Source of the DNA: an uncultured delta proteobacterium
GTDB lineage: Bacteria; Desulfobacterota; Syntrophobacteria; Syntrophobacterales; Syntrophobacteraceae
DNA length: 64,000 bases
Reading direction: 5' to 3'
NCBI GenBank assembly: GCA_963808625.1
Contig: CAWEHK010000036.1
Coordinates: 1 to 64,000 of the forward strand
Each line of letters starts with the position of its first letter. The first letter of the stretch is position 1. A program made the translations under genes and the position numbers. The notes under the pieces are model-generated. The model searched no databases, was not told the origin of the DNA, and saw only the letters and a program-made list of their open reading frames with translations. Positions 54,148 through 64,000 of this stretch are shown here, in pieces.

Positions 54148-54150
54148 TTC

Positions 54151-54213
54151 TTATAACCATGGCATGCAGTCGATCGCTGAAAAAGCCGGCTCCCGCTGAT
54201 GCCTTCGTTGGGT
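54151..54213 (+). other. attC site 4
   Basis: R'' TTATAAC, GGCATGCAG.CG/CGCTGATGCC dyad with extrahelical G, R' GTTGGGT. Confidence 0.8.
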
Positions 54214-56476
54214 TGCGACACGATGTCGCATAGTTGAGTGTACTCAGGTACTTACCTGGAGTACCCGGCATGTTCCTGCCGGACCCTACGCAGGCGTGCT
54301 ACCGTCGCGCTGATGACGGGGTGCGAAGCCCTGCGGACAATGTACCGAAACGGGTTCGAATGGTGACAGGAGAACCCCTCCGGGAATCCTCCCCGGTTAA
54401 GGGCTAGGGTCGGATGATACGGTGAAATTAATTGAATGTCTGCAAGCGTCGTCAAAGAGCGACAGACCTACGAGGATTAACAAGAAGCATTACCAGGTCG
54501 AAGGCCGCTTCCCAGTGTTTGCGGCAAGGGTCAGGATGCAGGTCTCCTAACTGCCTGTACGGAACCAAAGCACCCTCGGCGTAGAGGACGCACCTAAGTC
54601 ATCCATTGGATCAACTGTGAGGAACGTGGTAACCCCGCCCTTCGCCTGGAGCAAGTCCAGGCAAGCGAACCGCAAGGCACGCCGATGGAGAGGCGGGAGG
54701 GAGAGGTTGGAAGAAGCGAATGCTTTCGGGAAAGCCGGAAGATAGGGCCTGAAACATGGCTCAACGCCAAAACCGGTGAGCTTCAGCCCCGGTGAATGAG
54801 CGTGCAGACGTCCAACTGGTGTCTCGTTGCGAGAGAACTGGTAGAACCTTTGAAGATGAGAAAGCAAATGACGGCCGACAAGGCTGGTGCACTCAGAGAT
54901 GACGCTGACAAGTGGAATTCCATTGACTGGAAGAAAGCCCAGCGGGAAGTCAGAAGGCTGCAAGTGCGTATCGCAAAGGCTGTGAAGGAAAACAGATGGA
55001 ACAAGGTCAAGTCACTGCAATATCTGTTAACCCATTCGTTCTACGCCAAGCTACTGGCTGTGAAACGAGTGACCTCCAACAAGGGGCGTAAAACCCCCGG
55101 CGTTGACGGCGTCCTGTGGCGAGGCGTCCGAGCCAAATGGCGGGCTGCTTGCAGCCTGCGCAGACGTGGCTATCATCCTCAGCCCTTGAGGAGGATCTAT
55201 ATCGAAAAGAAGAATGGCAAATTAAGGCCCCTATCGATTCCCGCCATGTATGACAGAGCCCAACAGGCGCTTTATAAGCTGGGACTGGCGCCCGTAGCCG
55301 AAACGACAGCCGACAAGAATTCCTACGGTTTTCGTGAAGGCAGATCGTGTGCTGATGCCGTAGCCTGTGCCTTCAATGCTCTCTCGAAGCCCAATTCGGC
55401 TCCATGGATACTCGAAGGGGACATAAAGGGCTGTTTCGACAACATCTCGTTCCAATGGATGTTGGAGAACATCCCCATGGATAAAGTCGTTCTTCAAAAG
55501 TGGTTAAGGGCAGGGTATGTGGAAAACGGCATCCACTACCCTACACGCAAGGGAGTTCCTCAAGGTGGGATCATTAGCCCCACCATCTCGAATATGGTGC
55601 TTGACGGATTGGAGGAAGCCGTCCGCTGTGCAGTCCCCCGCAGGTGCCGTATCAACTTCGACCGCTACGCTGATGACTTCATCTGCACAGGTAAATCAAA
55701 AGGTATCCTGGAAGATGCCATCCAGCCAGTGGTTGAAGGCTTCCTTGCCGAGCGTGGTCTTGAGCTCTCACCCGAGAAAACCCTGATCACGCACATAAAA
55801 GACGGATTCACGTTCCTCGGGCAAACCTTTCGAAAGCATGGCCGGGTGCTGCACATCACGCCATCCACTGAGGGAGTTCTCGCCCTCATGCAGAAAGTGG
55901 GAACCATAATCCGCGAACACGTCAGCGCGCCGATGCCGGTCTTGATCAAGAAGCTTAATGCAATACTTCGGGGTTGGGCCAATTACCACCGCCACGTGGT
56001 GGCGTCGGAAGCCTTCAGTCGTATCGACACCTATGTCTTTGAACAACTCTGGCGCATGGTGCGCCGACGGCACTCCGCCAAATCCGCGCAATGGCTGATC
56101 AAGAACTACTGGTCAGCTGCGGGACGCAATGTATTTGCCGTTCTGGCCAAGACCGCTAAGACCGCGAAGAAACTCTACAAGGTCATGCGAGTAAGCGCCA
56201 TGGGGATTCGGAGATATGTGAAGATCAAAGCGGATGCTAATCCTTACCTGCCTGAGTACGCCGGCTATTATTGGCGACGTCGGAACAGGAAGGATAGCAA
56301 ACTGCTGCCGGCCATGTCGGCCCGGGAATTTCGGGCCATGGCCTCGGCTTAGGAGGCAACACAGCCGGGCAGCCCAACAGGGGCTGCCTCTTGAGATGCT
56401 TGAGCGGTGTGACGCGAAAGTGTCATGCACCGTTCTTAGGGGGGAATGGGGCCGAGAGGCCCCTGACCTACCCGGT
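54213..56476 (+). mobile_element. Full-length group II intron, IIB/chloroplast-like class (about 2264 nt)
   Basis: 5' TTGCGACACG; GGAACGTGGTAA DI/DII junction; DV GAGCGGTGTGACGCGAAAGTGTCATGCACCGTTC; DVI ending CTACCCGGT. Confidence 0.9.
54856..56352 (+). CDS. ltrA: Group II intron reverse transcriptase/maturase without HNH domain (open frame starts at 54796)
   Basis: RVT_N (VRRLQVRIAKA), TPGVDG, RPLSIP, YGFR.GRS, GDIKGCFD, PQGG, YADD, RGWANY; stops soon after KIKADANPY. Confidence 0.95.
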   Translation: MRKQMTADKAGALRDDADKWNSIDWKKAQREVRRLQVRIAKAVKENRWNKVKSLQYLLTHSFYAKLLAVKRVTSNKGRKTPGVDGVLWRGVRAKWRAACSLRRRGYHPQPLRRIYIEKKNGKLRPLSIPAMYDRAQQALYKLGLAPVAETTADKNSYGFREGRSCADAVACAFNALSKPNSAPWILEGDIKGCFDNISFQWMLENIPMDKVVLQKWLRAGYVENGIHYPTRKGVPQGGIISPTISNMVLDGLEEAVRCAVPRRCRINFDRYADDFICTGKSKGILEDAIQPVVEGFLAERGLELSPEKTLITHIKDGFTFLGQTFRKHGRVLHITPSTEGVLALMQKVGTIIREHVSAPMPVLIKKLNAILRGWANYHRHVVASEAFSRIDTYVFEQLWRMVRRRHSAKSAQWLIKNYWSAAGRNVFAVLAKTAKTAKKLYKVMRVSAMGIRRYVKIKADANPYLPEYAGYYWRRRNRKDSKLLPAMSAREFRAMASA

Positions 56477-56548
56477 TTGCAGCGGTCGGAAGGAGACGAG
56501 GTGCAAAGGTTCCGGATATTCGTTCCCCGAACATAAGGAGAAGAGGAA

Positions 56549-58060
56549 ATGATGGCGTTTAGCAAACTACGGATGTGGATGGCTGTGACAGCCCTTGTCA
56601 CGAGCGTTGTCACGACGGCTTCGGCCCAGACCTTCAGCATGACGACGCCGATCGCGCCGGGCGTGGCCACGCCCAACCGGCTCGATACCTCGATTGGCAC
56701 GCTGAACCTGTCCGACGGCTTCCCGGCGCCGGACACCATCGAGAAGATCTACGACAACCTGGACCGCTCGCGTGCGCTGCAGGCCTATCTGCTGGCCATC
56801 CCGATCGTCAACCAGGCAGGCATGCGCGATTCGCTTCGCAAGTTCGGGCCCGACAACCAGACCAACGTGATCTGGGAGAACCTGGTCGATTCGAAGACCG
56901 TGGAGCTGACGGCCAACGACAACACGATCTACAGCTTCATCTGGATCGATACGAAGAAGGGGCCGTTGGTCGTCGATGTCCCCCCCATGGTCCTGGGAGC
57001 CATCGATGACTTCTGGTATCGCTGGGTGGCCGACATCGGCATCACGGGTGCCGACAGGGGCAAGGGCGGCAAGTACCTGATTCTTCCGCCGGGGTACCAG
57101 GGCGCGATCCCGGAAGGCTATTTCGTCGTACGACCGAAGACCTACGGCAACTGGATGCCCTTCCGGTCCTTCCTCGTTGACGGTTCAACCAAGCCAGGGG
57201 TGGAGTCGGTCAAGAAGCACCTGAAGATCTACCAACTGGCCGATGCGGCCAACCCGCCGCCGATCAAGTTTGCCAATGCCTCGGGCGTACCAGCGAACTT
57301 CGTCGCCCCGGGTGACTATTCGTTCTGGACCTTGCTGAACCAGGTGATTCAGGAAGAACCGCCGGAAGGCTCCGACCCCACCACGCTTGGGCTGTTCGCT
57401 TCGATCGGCATCGTCAAGGGCAAGCCCTTCAATCCCGACGAGCGCATGAAGAAGATCCTGACCGACGCCGCCAACATCGGTGCGGTGACGGCGCGAACGC
57501 TCGCCTTCAAGATTCGCGAGCCGGAAGCCTTCTTCTACCCGAACAGCTCATGGCGCCTGCCGTTCTTCGGTGGCTACAAGTTCGAAGTCGCCCCCGGCGT
57601 TGCAAACCTGGATGGAGCTGCCTTCTTCTACTATTTCGCCACCGGCGTGACGCCGGCGATGGAAGAGAAAATGGTCGGCCAGGGCTCACAGTACCCGTGG
57701 GCCTCCCTGGACTCGAAGGGCAACCCCTTCGACGGCGGCAAGACGTACAAGCTGCGCCTGCCGCCGAACATCCCGGTGAAGGACTTCTGGTCGGTGATCG
57801 TCTACGACAACCAGACGCGCTCGATGCTGCAGACCGACCAGCAGGCGCCCAGCGTGAGCAGCCAGGACAAGGGCTTCAAAACCAATGCCGACGGCTCGGT
57901 GGACGTCTGGTTCGGCCCCAAGGCCCCGCCCGGCATGGAGAAGAACTGGGTGCAGACGATTCCGGGCAAGGGCTGGTTCATGATCCTGCGCCTCTACGGT
58001 CCGTTGGAGCCTTGGTTCAACAAGACCTGGCGGCCCGGAGAGATCGAACTCCAGCCGTGA
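56549..58060 (+). CDS. DUF1254/DUF1214 exported protein, cassette-borne
   Basis: Signal peptide, LTANDNTIYS, GADRGKGGKYLILPP, FWSVIVYD, LRLYGP..WRPGEIE. Confidence 0.9.
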   Translation: MMAFSKLRMWMAVTALVTSVVTTASAQTFSMTTPIAPGVATPNRLDTSIGTLNLSDGFPAPDTIEKIYDNLDRSRALQAYLLAIPIVNQAGMRDSLRKFGPDNQTNVIWENLVDSKTVELTANDNTIYSFIWIDTKKGPLVVDVPPMVLGAIDDFWYRWVADIGITGADRGKGGKYLILPPGYQGAIPEGYFVVRPKTYGNWMPFRSFLVDGSTKPGVESVKKHLKIYQLADAANPPPIKFANASGVPANFVAPGDYSFWTLLNQVIQEEPPEGSDPTTLGLFASIGIVKGKPFNPDERMKKILTDAANIGAVTARTLAFKIREPEAFFYPNSSWRLPFFGGYKFEVAPGVANLDGAAFFYYFATGVTPAMEEKMVGQGSQYPWASLDSKGNPFDGGKTYKLRLPPNIPVKDFWSVIVYDNQTRSMLQTDQQAPSVSSQDKGFKTNADGSVDVWFGPKAPPGMEKNWVQTIPGKGWFMILRLYGPLEPWFNKTWRPGEIELQP

Positions 58061-58101
58061 TTTGTCGGTACTGCTCGTTTGGTCGCACCGCCGAGTGAGC
58101 G

Positions 58102-58162
58102 GCCCAACAACCGGTTTCAGCGGACGGCGCTGACTCGCCGCCGCTGAAACGGGGCGTTATTC
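58102..58162 (+). other. attC site 5 (best conserved)
   Basis: R'' GCCCAAC, TTTCAGCGGACGGCG/CGCCGCCGCTGAAA dyad, R' GTT at 58156; 61 bp. Confidence 0.9.
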
Positions 58163-58537
58163 ACTTAGCATTCCGGAGCCGCTTTTCGTTGTCCTTCATA
58201 AGGTCCATAAGAGTGCTGGGGATTCCTTTCTGCATCTCTCCTATATGGTTACCTGGCAATCCTGATCGTTTCCTCAACAGTTGCTTATCATTTGTACACC
58301 AACCAAAGCCAGGCTTGGAAAATCTGCGTGAGGTGACAGCCTTCTCCTGCAAAAACTCATCCGATTTCGGCGATTGGATTTTTCCTTCCCCAAGGCAGAG
58401 ATCTTTACAGCACCGCCAAGCATGTCTTCTCCCCGGTAATCGATGAATTTCCTGATTTCCATGGAATATCCTATCGGTGGTGGGCACATGCAAGTCACTC
58501 CCTAACCTTTGTTGCTATCAACCATGAAGGTCTAGGG

Positions 58538-58936
58538 TCATATCCAGTCGATTTCGACCTTGTGCTCGATCTTTTTGAACTCTGGATCGCCAGTGACGAT
58601 CACGGCGTTGTATTTGAGTGCGGTTGCCATCGCAAAGCAATCGGCGTAGGAAACGGCATCGTCAGCTTTTATTTGGGAGGCCGATTCAATGATTTCCCAA
58701 GAGGCCGGAACGCGTTCGATGGCCAACGTCGTGAACTGTTCCAGGAAGCGCCTGGCCGATTCAACGCCCAGTCTTCTGATGGTGATGTAATACAGCTCCC
58801 CCAAATTGATCTCGTTGATGAAGGTACGAATTCTTCCGTCTTCCGACGCCTTGAGAAGCTCTTCGACCTTGTCGGCCCCCGCTTCGTCCTGGGCAAACCT
58901 CAGGATCGCGTGGGAATCAAATACGACGCTTTTCAT
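58538..58936 (-). CDS. vapC: VapC/PIN domain toxin
   Basis: VVFDSHAIL, INLGELYY, SYADCF, IVTGDPEF. Confidence 0.9.
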   Translation of the reverse strand: MKSVVFDSHAILRFAQDEAGADKVEELLKASEDGRIRTFINEINLGELYYITIRRLGVESARRFLEQFTTLAIERVPASWEIIESASQIKADDAVSYADCFAMATALKYNAVIVTGDPEFKKIEHKVEIDWI

Positions 58937-59165
58937 CGATGGCGTCATCCTTCTTTCTCTCCTCCAGGAGTTCTGCGGCAAGCGACGTGTCAGCCCGGAG
59001 CATCCCTCGCAACGCCTTGACCGGTTCCTCAGGGATCGGCACGATTTCCGCGTGCTGGTCTACGACCCTCAACAAAACTTTTCGCCCCGGGTTAATTCCC
59101 AGCTTGTCGCGGATCTCTTTAGGGATCACAATCTGTCCCTTGGACGATATTTTTACCACCGGCAT
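58917..59165 (-). CDS. AbrB/MazE/SpoVT family antitoxin
   Basis: KISSKGQIVIPKEIRDKLGINPG; overlaps toxin start. Confidence 0.9.
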   Translation of the reverse strand: MPVVKISSKGQIVIPKEIRDKLGINPGRKVLLRVVDQHAEIVPIPEEPVKALRGMLRADTSLAAELLEERKKDDAIDEKRRI

Positions 59166-59370
59166 AGTGTTTTACCTCGCTGCTAAAGTTTTACATTTCA
59201 CTGACGAGTATAACTTAATCCATCAGCGTTCGTAAATGCTTTTCGCTGCTGTCCAACTGCGGCAAGAACCAAGGAGAGAATCGAGAATCAACGAGTAAGA
59301 CAACCGCATTGCTCGTCACGCGGAGGGATAAACCGGGCTATCGCCTTTTCGTGCAGGATTGGAAGGCGGT

Positions 59371-60311
59371 CTACTGGTTGATCCAAACGGTCATATTCTT
59401 GAGGTCGGCGAGGATTTTTTTGGTGACCGAACCCTTGAAAAATCCCCTGATGCCCGAGGGAGGGGAATGGCCGAGGACAGCGATGCCGATGCCGGTCTCC
59501 CGGCAGTATGAAAGAATTTCCGAGGCAACCTTCCCCTGACTGGGAAGAAGGGTGATCTGGATGTTTTCGTCGGCCATTCCTTCCCGCTGCAGAAGGGCAT
59601 GCGCTTCGGTAAGGTAACGGCTTTATCTGCTCTGCCTTCGGGAGACATCAGCCACTTCTCCACCTCCGCCGTGATGAGCGACAACCGGGAGGTGGCGGGA
59701 CTTGAGATGGTCCGCGAGGCATGGAGCAGGGTGACCCGGACGTTCGTCCCGGCAAGCATGAAGCCAGCATGGTCCGCTGCTCGCAGCGAAGCCGCCTCGG
59801 CGGCGATGCAGATGGCCGCATGGGAGACATCGGTGGTTCCCTCCGTCACCCAGACGGGGTTTACCTGACAATGCTGGAGCAGGTCATGGGTGGGATCGCT
59901 GGCGATCAGACTTTCCAGGCTGACGGTGAAACGCTTCTGCACCAGAACGGCATCCACCTTTTTGCGGTCGGCGAGAAGGCACGCGTCCTTTGCCTTTGCT
60001 GCCTGGCGCTCCAGAAATTGCTCTTCAATCGCGCCTTCGGAAAAGCCTGCCCTGACAAGCACTCTCTTGGCCCGATCCAGGGCGAGACGATATTGCTCTT
60101 CCCGTGATTTGAGCAGCTCCTGTTTCTTCTTGAGCTGTTCAGGCGAGGTGAGTTTCTCCTGGTAAAGCGGCGGCAATGGTGGAACAAGGCAGCTGAGGAT
60201 GATGCTGATCTTGCTTCGATCCGGATAGAGCTTTCCCAGAAAGCTCGCACGCTGCAGCGGTTCTTCGGCGCCGTCAAGGGGCAGCAACAGGCATTTGGAC
60301 AAGGGGGTCAT
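59371..60311 (-). CDS. Tandem universal stress protein (frameshift near 59620)
   Basis: LLLPLDGA N-terminus, NPVWV, GIRGFFKGSVTKKIL..MTVWI. Confidence 0.75.
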
Positions 60312-60502
60312 GGTAATGGTATTCCTCTCCGATAAACTTCTGTGTTGAGTTTCCGGTGGGCTGGGAAGCCCAGCTCTCGTTGGTTGTCACTTTTTGGCGG
60401 ACTGGAAAGTCCGCCTTCCGTCAGGCGTCCGTATTCGGCGGGCTGGAACGCCTGTGCCGCTTTGATTCGAAGTCGCTGTGATATTCTTCCCTTCAGATCA
60501 AC

Positions 60503-61282
60503 TCATGGCCTTTCGATATTTCGTGTTGTTTTCCGACTTCGAGAATGACGCCGTCCCACTCGGGACCATTCAGACAATTCTCGAGAATGCTTGAGCACCA
60601 GTTGCGGCTGGTTGTTGACCTCGCTCAGATGGGCAAAGAGCACGATTTGCAGCGCATCATGGTGGATGCTTTGCAGCAGTTCGAAGGATTCCGCATTGGA
60701 AAGGTGGCCGTGGCGACTGCGGATGCGTTGTTTCAAGGGCAGCGGGTAGGGGCCGTTGAAGAGAAGATCGGGGTCATGGTTGGCTTCCAGAATCAAACCA
60801 TGACACCCTTGAAGCCGCGTCCTCACCAACTGGGTGGCAACCCCGAGGTCCGTGCAGACCCCGAGCCGGTGCCCATCGTCCTCGAGGACGAACCCGGCAG
60901 GGTCCTGGGCATCGTGGGAAATGGCAAAAGGCTTGATCCTCAAGTCGCCGATCACGAACGGATTACCGGGTTGGAACAACTTGACGTCGGACAACTGTCC
61001 AATCTCCGGGGGCAGCCGGTCGAGCGTTCCCTGGCTGAGATAGACGGGGAGGTCAAAGCGCCGGCTCAGGGTCCCCAGTCCGCGCACATGATCGGTGTGC
61101 TCATGACTGATGACGACGGCATCGAGGTGGTTGGCCCTGACGCCGGCTTGCTGCAGGCGGAGAACCAGCTCCTTGGCGCTGAGGCCGGAATCCAGGAGGA
61201 CCCGCGTCTTTTGACTGCAGACCAGGATGGCGTTTCCCTTGGACCCGCTGGCGAGGGTTTGAAAGAAGAGGGGCATGAGCAT
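60503..61282 (-). CDS. MBL-fold metallo-hydrolase (YycJ/PhnP-like)
   Basis: LASGSKGN, SHEHTDH, EANHD, GHLSN, AHLSEVNN. Confidence 0.9.
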   Translation of the reverse strand: MLMPLFFQTLASGSKGNAILVCSQKTRVLLDSGLSAKELVLRLQQAGVRANHLDAVVISHEHTDHVRGLGTLSRRFDLPVYLSQGTLDRLPPEIGQLSDVKLFQPGNPFVIGDLRIKPFAISHDAQDPAGFVLEDDGHRLGVCTDLGVATQLVRTRLQGCHGLILEANHDPDLLFNGPYPLPLKQRIRSRHGHLSNAESFELLQSIHHDALQIVLFAHLSEVNNQPQLVLKHSRELSEWSRVGRRHSRSRKTTRNIERP

Positions 61283-62545
61283 TTATCCATCAAGAAGGGC
61301 GTCTGCCAACTTACCTGGGTCTTCTTCCACGGGGCCGAAAAGCATCAGGCCCACCTGCGACGCCTGGTAGACTTCCTCGAACCATTTCCGGACAGCACCT
61401 GAAGTGACCGCATCGATCCGCTGTTCGACTTCTTCGAAAGGGACGTAGCGGCCGAAGAGGAATTCGTTCTTGGCAAGCCGGTTCATTCTTGAATCGGTGC
61501 TTTCCGCATTCAGGTACATGCTGCCCTTGAGGTACTCCTTGGCGGCAGTGAGCTCGGCTTCGGGGATCGGCTCTTTCAACAGCAGGGAAAGCTGATCGTG
61601 GATGATGGCGAGCGTCTCCTGCACGTGCTCTGCCGCGATGCCCGCGTAGATGCCAAACATTCCGGTATCCTCGTGGCTGTTGACAAACGAGTAAACGGAA
61701 TAGGCCAGGCCTCGCTTCTCCCGAATTTCCTGGAACAACCGACTGCTCATGCTGCTGCCGAGAACGACGTTGAGCAGGTGGCAGAGAAAGCGGTTTTCAT
61801 CGGACTGGGAGGGGCCGTGCATTCCCATGCACAAATGGACCTGCTCAAGGTCCTTGGGGACCAATTGAATGCGGTGGTGATCGGCTGGCGCTTGACGCTT
61901 GAGCGGTTTTTCCGGGTGGTTCAGCGTTGCCATGGTTGGCGCCACCAGGTCCAGAAACCGCTGGTGTTCAAGGTTGCCGGCCGCAGCGATGACAATCCGC
62001 TCGGGCTGAAACATCCTGGAAACGTAACGGAGGATGCGCTCGCGATCGACGCCTTCCACGGCCTCCACCGTCCCATAAATGGGAAGCCCTAAGGGGTTGT
62101 CCGGCCAGAACATTTCCTGGAACAGGATATGAATGTACTCGTCCGGGGTGTCCTCAATCATCCGGATTTCCTGCACGATAACCTGCTGTTCCCGGGTAAT
62201 TTCGTCGGGAGCAAAGACCGAGTTGAGAAAAAGGTCGGTCAGAACATCCACCACCAGAGGGAGGTGGGGGTGCAGGACCTTGGCGTGGAAGCAGGCTTGT
62301 TCCTTCGAGGTGAAGGCATTGACAAAGCCCCCCACGGCGTCGAGCTCTCGGGCTATGTCTCGGGCGCTCCGCTTCGACGTACCCTTGAAGAGCATATGCT
62401 CGATGAAATGGGTAATGCCCCGTTCGTCACTCAATTCATCGCGCGACCCCACGTTCACCCAGATGCCCGTGGAGACGGAGTGAAAGTAGGGAATCCTTTC
62501 GGTTATAACGCGAATGCCATTGGGGAGGACCGTTTTCTGGTACAA
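61283..62545 (-). CDS. M16 family zinc peptidase
   Basis: GITHFIEHMLFKGT (HxxEH), NAFTSKE, SSRLFQEIREKRGLAY; downstream of pnp. Confidence 0.92.
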   Translation of the reverse strand: MYQKTVLPNGIRVITERIPYFHSVSTGIWVNVGSRDELSDERGITHFIEHMLFKGTSKRSARDIARELDAVGGFVNAFTSKEQACFHAKVLHPHLPLVVDVLTDLFLNSVFAPDEITREQQVIVQEIRMIEDTPDEYIHILFQEMFWPDNPLGLPIYGTVEAVEGVDRERILRYVSRMFQPERIVIAAAGNLEHQRFLDLVAPTMATLNHPEKPLKRQAPADHHRIQLVPKDLEQVHLCMGMHGPSQSDENRFLCHLLNVVLGSSMSSRLFQEIREKRGLAYSVYSFVNSHEDTGMFGIYAGIAAEHVQETLAIIHDQLSLLLKEPIPEAELTAAKEYLKGSMYLNAESTDSRMNRLAKNEFLFGRYVPFEEVEQRIDAVTSGAVRKWFEEVYQASQVGLMLFGPVEEDPGKLADALLDG

Positions 62546-62744
62546 CCTCTTTCCTCTCTCTCTGGTTGGATAAGAATCTTCCGCAGAATCGGGGAGGCCG
62601 CAGCGCGGCCCTTGGGCACAACTCAAAAAAAGCTCAGCCACGAAGGACACGAAGAGCACGAAGGAGTTTTCATAAACGTTGTCAAAGTCCTTCGTGCCTT
62701 CCGTGTTTCGGCTTCTTTGGCCTCACCATGGACAAGAATAGAGA

Positions 62745-62803
62745 GGTCCCCTTACTCCTTCCTCCCTACTCCTTACTCCTACTCCCTACTTCCTACTCCC
62801 TAC
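62745..62803. repeat. 7-mer tract (CTACTCC)
   Basis: cttactccttcctccctactccttactcctactccctacttcctactccctact. Confidence 0.75.
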
Positions 62804-64000
62804 TGTCTTCCGGCTTTTCCATGGCGGCCTTGCGACTCAGCCGGATGCGCCCGTCCTTGTCGATTTCGATGACTTTGACGAGCACCTCATCGCCTTCATT
62901 GACGATGTCGGTGACTTTGCGCACCCGCTTGTGATCCAGTTGCGAAATATGAATCAGGCCGTCGATATTCGGCAGGATTTCCGCGAAGGCCCCGAAATCC
63001 GTGACGCGCACCACGCGGGCCATGTAAAGCTGGCCCACTTCGGGCTCTTGCGTCAGGCTTTTGATCTTGTTGATGGCCTTGTCACAAGCCTCCTGATCCG
63101 GGCTCATGACCACCACGCGACCCGTATCGTCGATATCGATCTTGGCGCCGGTTTCGGCTACGATGGCGCGAATCACCTTGCCCCCGGGTCCGATCACATC
63201 GCGGATTTTGTCCGGGTTGATCTGCAGGCTGATCACGCGCGGCGCGTAGGGTGAGAGCTCGGGTCGGGGTGACGCAAGAGCTTCCTGCATTTTCTCGAGA
63301 ATAAAGATACGGCCCTTTCGAGCCTGTTCGAGGGCCCGGCGCATGATTTCGCGGTCGATTCCGGAAATCTTGATATCCATTTGCAGGGCGGTAATCCCCT
63401 TGCCGCTGCCGGTAACCTTGAAATCCATATCGCCAAAGTGGTCTTCATCACCCAGGATGTCGGTAAGAACGACCACCTCGCTGCCTTCCTTGATCAAACC
63501 CATGGCCACGCCGGCCACGGTGTCGGTCAGGGGAACGCCCGCATCCATGAGCGCCAGGGTGGCCCCGCAGACGGTGGCCATGGAGCTGGAGCCATTGGAT
63601 TCCAGGACTTCCGAGACCACGCGAATCGTATAGGGGAACTCGCCGTCTTTGGGCAGGACGGTCTTCACCGAGCGTTCAGCCAGGGCCCCATGGCCGATGT
63701 CCCGACGCCCCGGCCCGCGCAGCGGTCGCACCTCGCCGACGGAGTAGGGAGGAAAATTGTAATGGAGCATGAAGGACTTGAAGGTTTCGCCTGCCAGCGC
63801 TTCGATCTTCTGTTCATCGGACGAAGACCCGAGGGTGACCACCGCGAGCACCTGCGTCTCGCCGCGACGGAACATCGCCGAACCGTGGGTCCTGGGGAGA
63901 ATGCCCACTTCAATGGTGATGGGGCGGATCTCATCGAAACGACGGCCATCGATGCGTCGACCTTCCTCGACCATCATGCGCCGCACGATCTCTTTTTCGA
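62793..64000 (-). CDS. pnp: Polyribonucleotide nucleotidyltransferase, C-terminal part
   Basis: [23 protein letters not shown] (VIGPGGK) and S1 domains. Confidence 0.97.
   Translation of the reverse strand, partial: EKEIVRRMMVEEGRRIDGRRFDEIRPITIEVGILPRTHGSAMFRRGETQVLAVVTLGSSSDEQKIEALAGETFKSFMLHYNFPPYSVGEVRPLRGPGRRDIGHGALAERSVKTVLPKDGEFPYTIRVVSEVLESNGSSSMATVCGATLALMDAGVPLTDTVAGVAMGLIKEGSEVVVLTDILGDEDHFGDMDFKVTGSGKGITALQMDIKISGIDREIMRRALEQARKGRIFILEKMQEALASPRPELSPYAPRVISLQINPDKIRDVIGPGGKVIRAIVAETGAKIDIDDTGRVVVMSPDQEACDKAINKIKSLTQEPEVGQLYMARVVRVTDFGAFAEILPNIDGLIHISQLDHKRVRKVTDIVNEGDEVLVKVIEIDKDGRIRLSRKAAMEKPEDSRE

Noticed and set aside
54856..56352. Retron, DGR or defence-associated RT
   Set aside because: RVT_N and maturase domains plus flanking DI, DV and DVI RNA identify a group II intron; no TR/VR pair seen
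58161..58498. Small minus-strand ORF pieces after attC 5
   Set aside because: No recognisable motif; cannot support a gene call

Overview
Bacterial chromosomal window, probably Desulfobacterota (Syntrophobacteraceae-like; inferred from gene content). Housekeeping backbone: lptGF, valS, nadC, mscS, glycosyltransferases, ridA, a polar amino-acid ABC operon, prmA, icd, comF, cysQ, yajC-secD-secF, an M16 peptidase and partial pnp. There is also a NosL/ABC cluster, an ECF sigma/anti-sigma/VIT-vWA operon and four type II toxin-antitoxin pairs. Many genes carry single-base frameshifts, most likely long-read indel errors. The most notable region is about 50.9-58.2 kb: a decayed integron cassette array (5 attC-like sites, a short IntI C-terminal relic, an IS630 scrap) invaded by two unrelated group II introns. 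Both sit at attC R' core sites in the same orientation as the cassettes. The full-length IIB/CL-type intron has an EBS1 loop (CCUAAC) complementary to the attC core GTTAGG. The IIC intron is an internally deleted remnant with candidate EBS1 ACGU. Intergenic spaces hold many nested MITEs, REP-like palindromes and 7-mer/9-mer tandem tracts, one of which lies in frame inside a gene between 28-bp duplications. A PopZ/RomR-C-like acidic protein precedes valS. All calls come from reading the sequence by eye; no searches were run.
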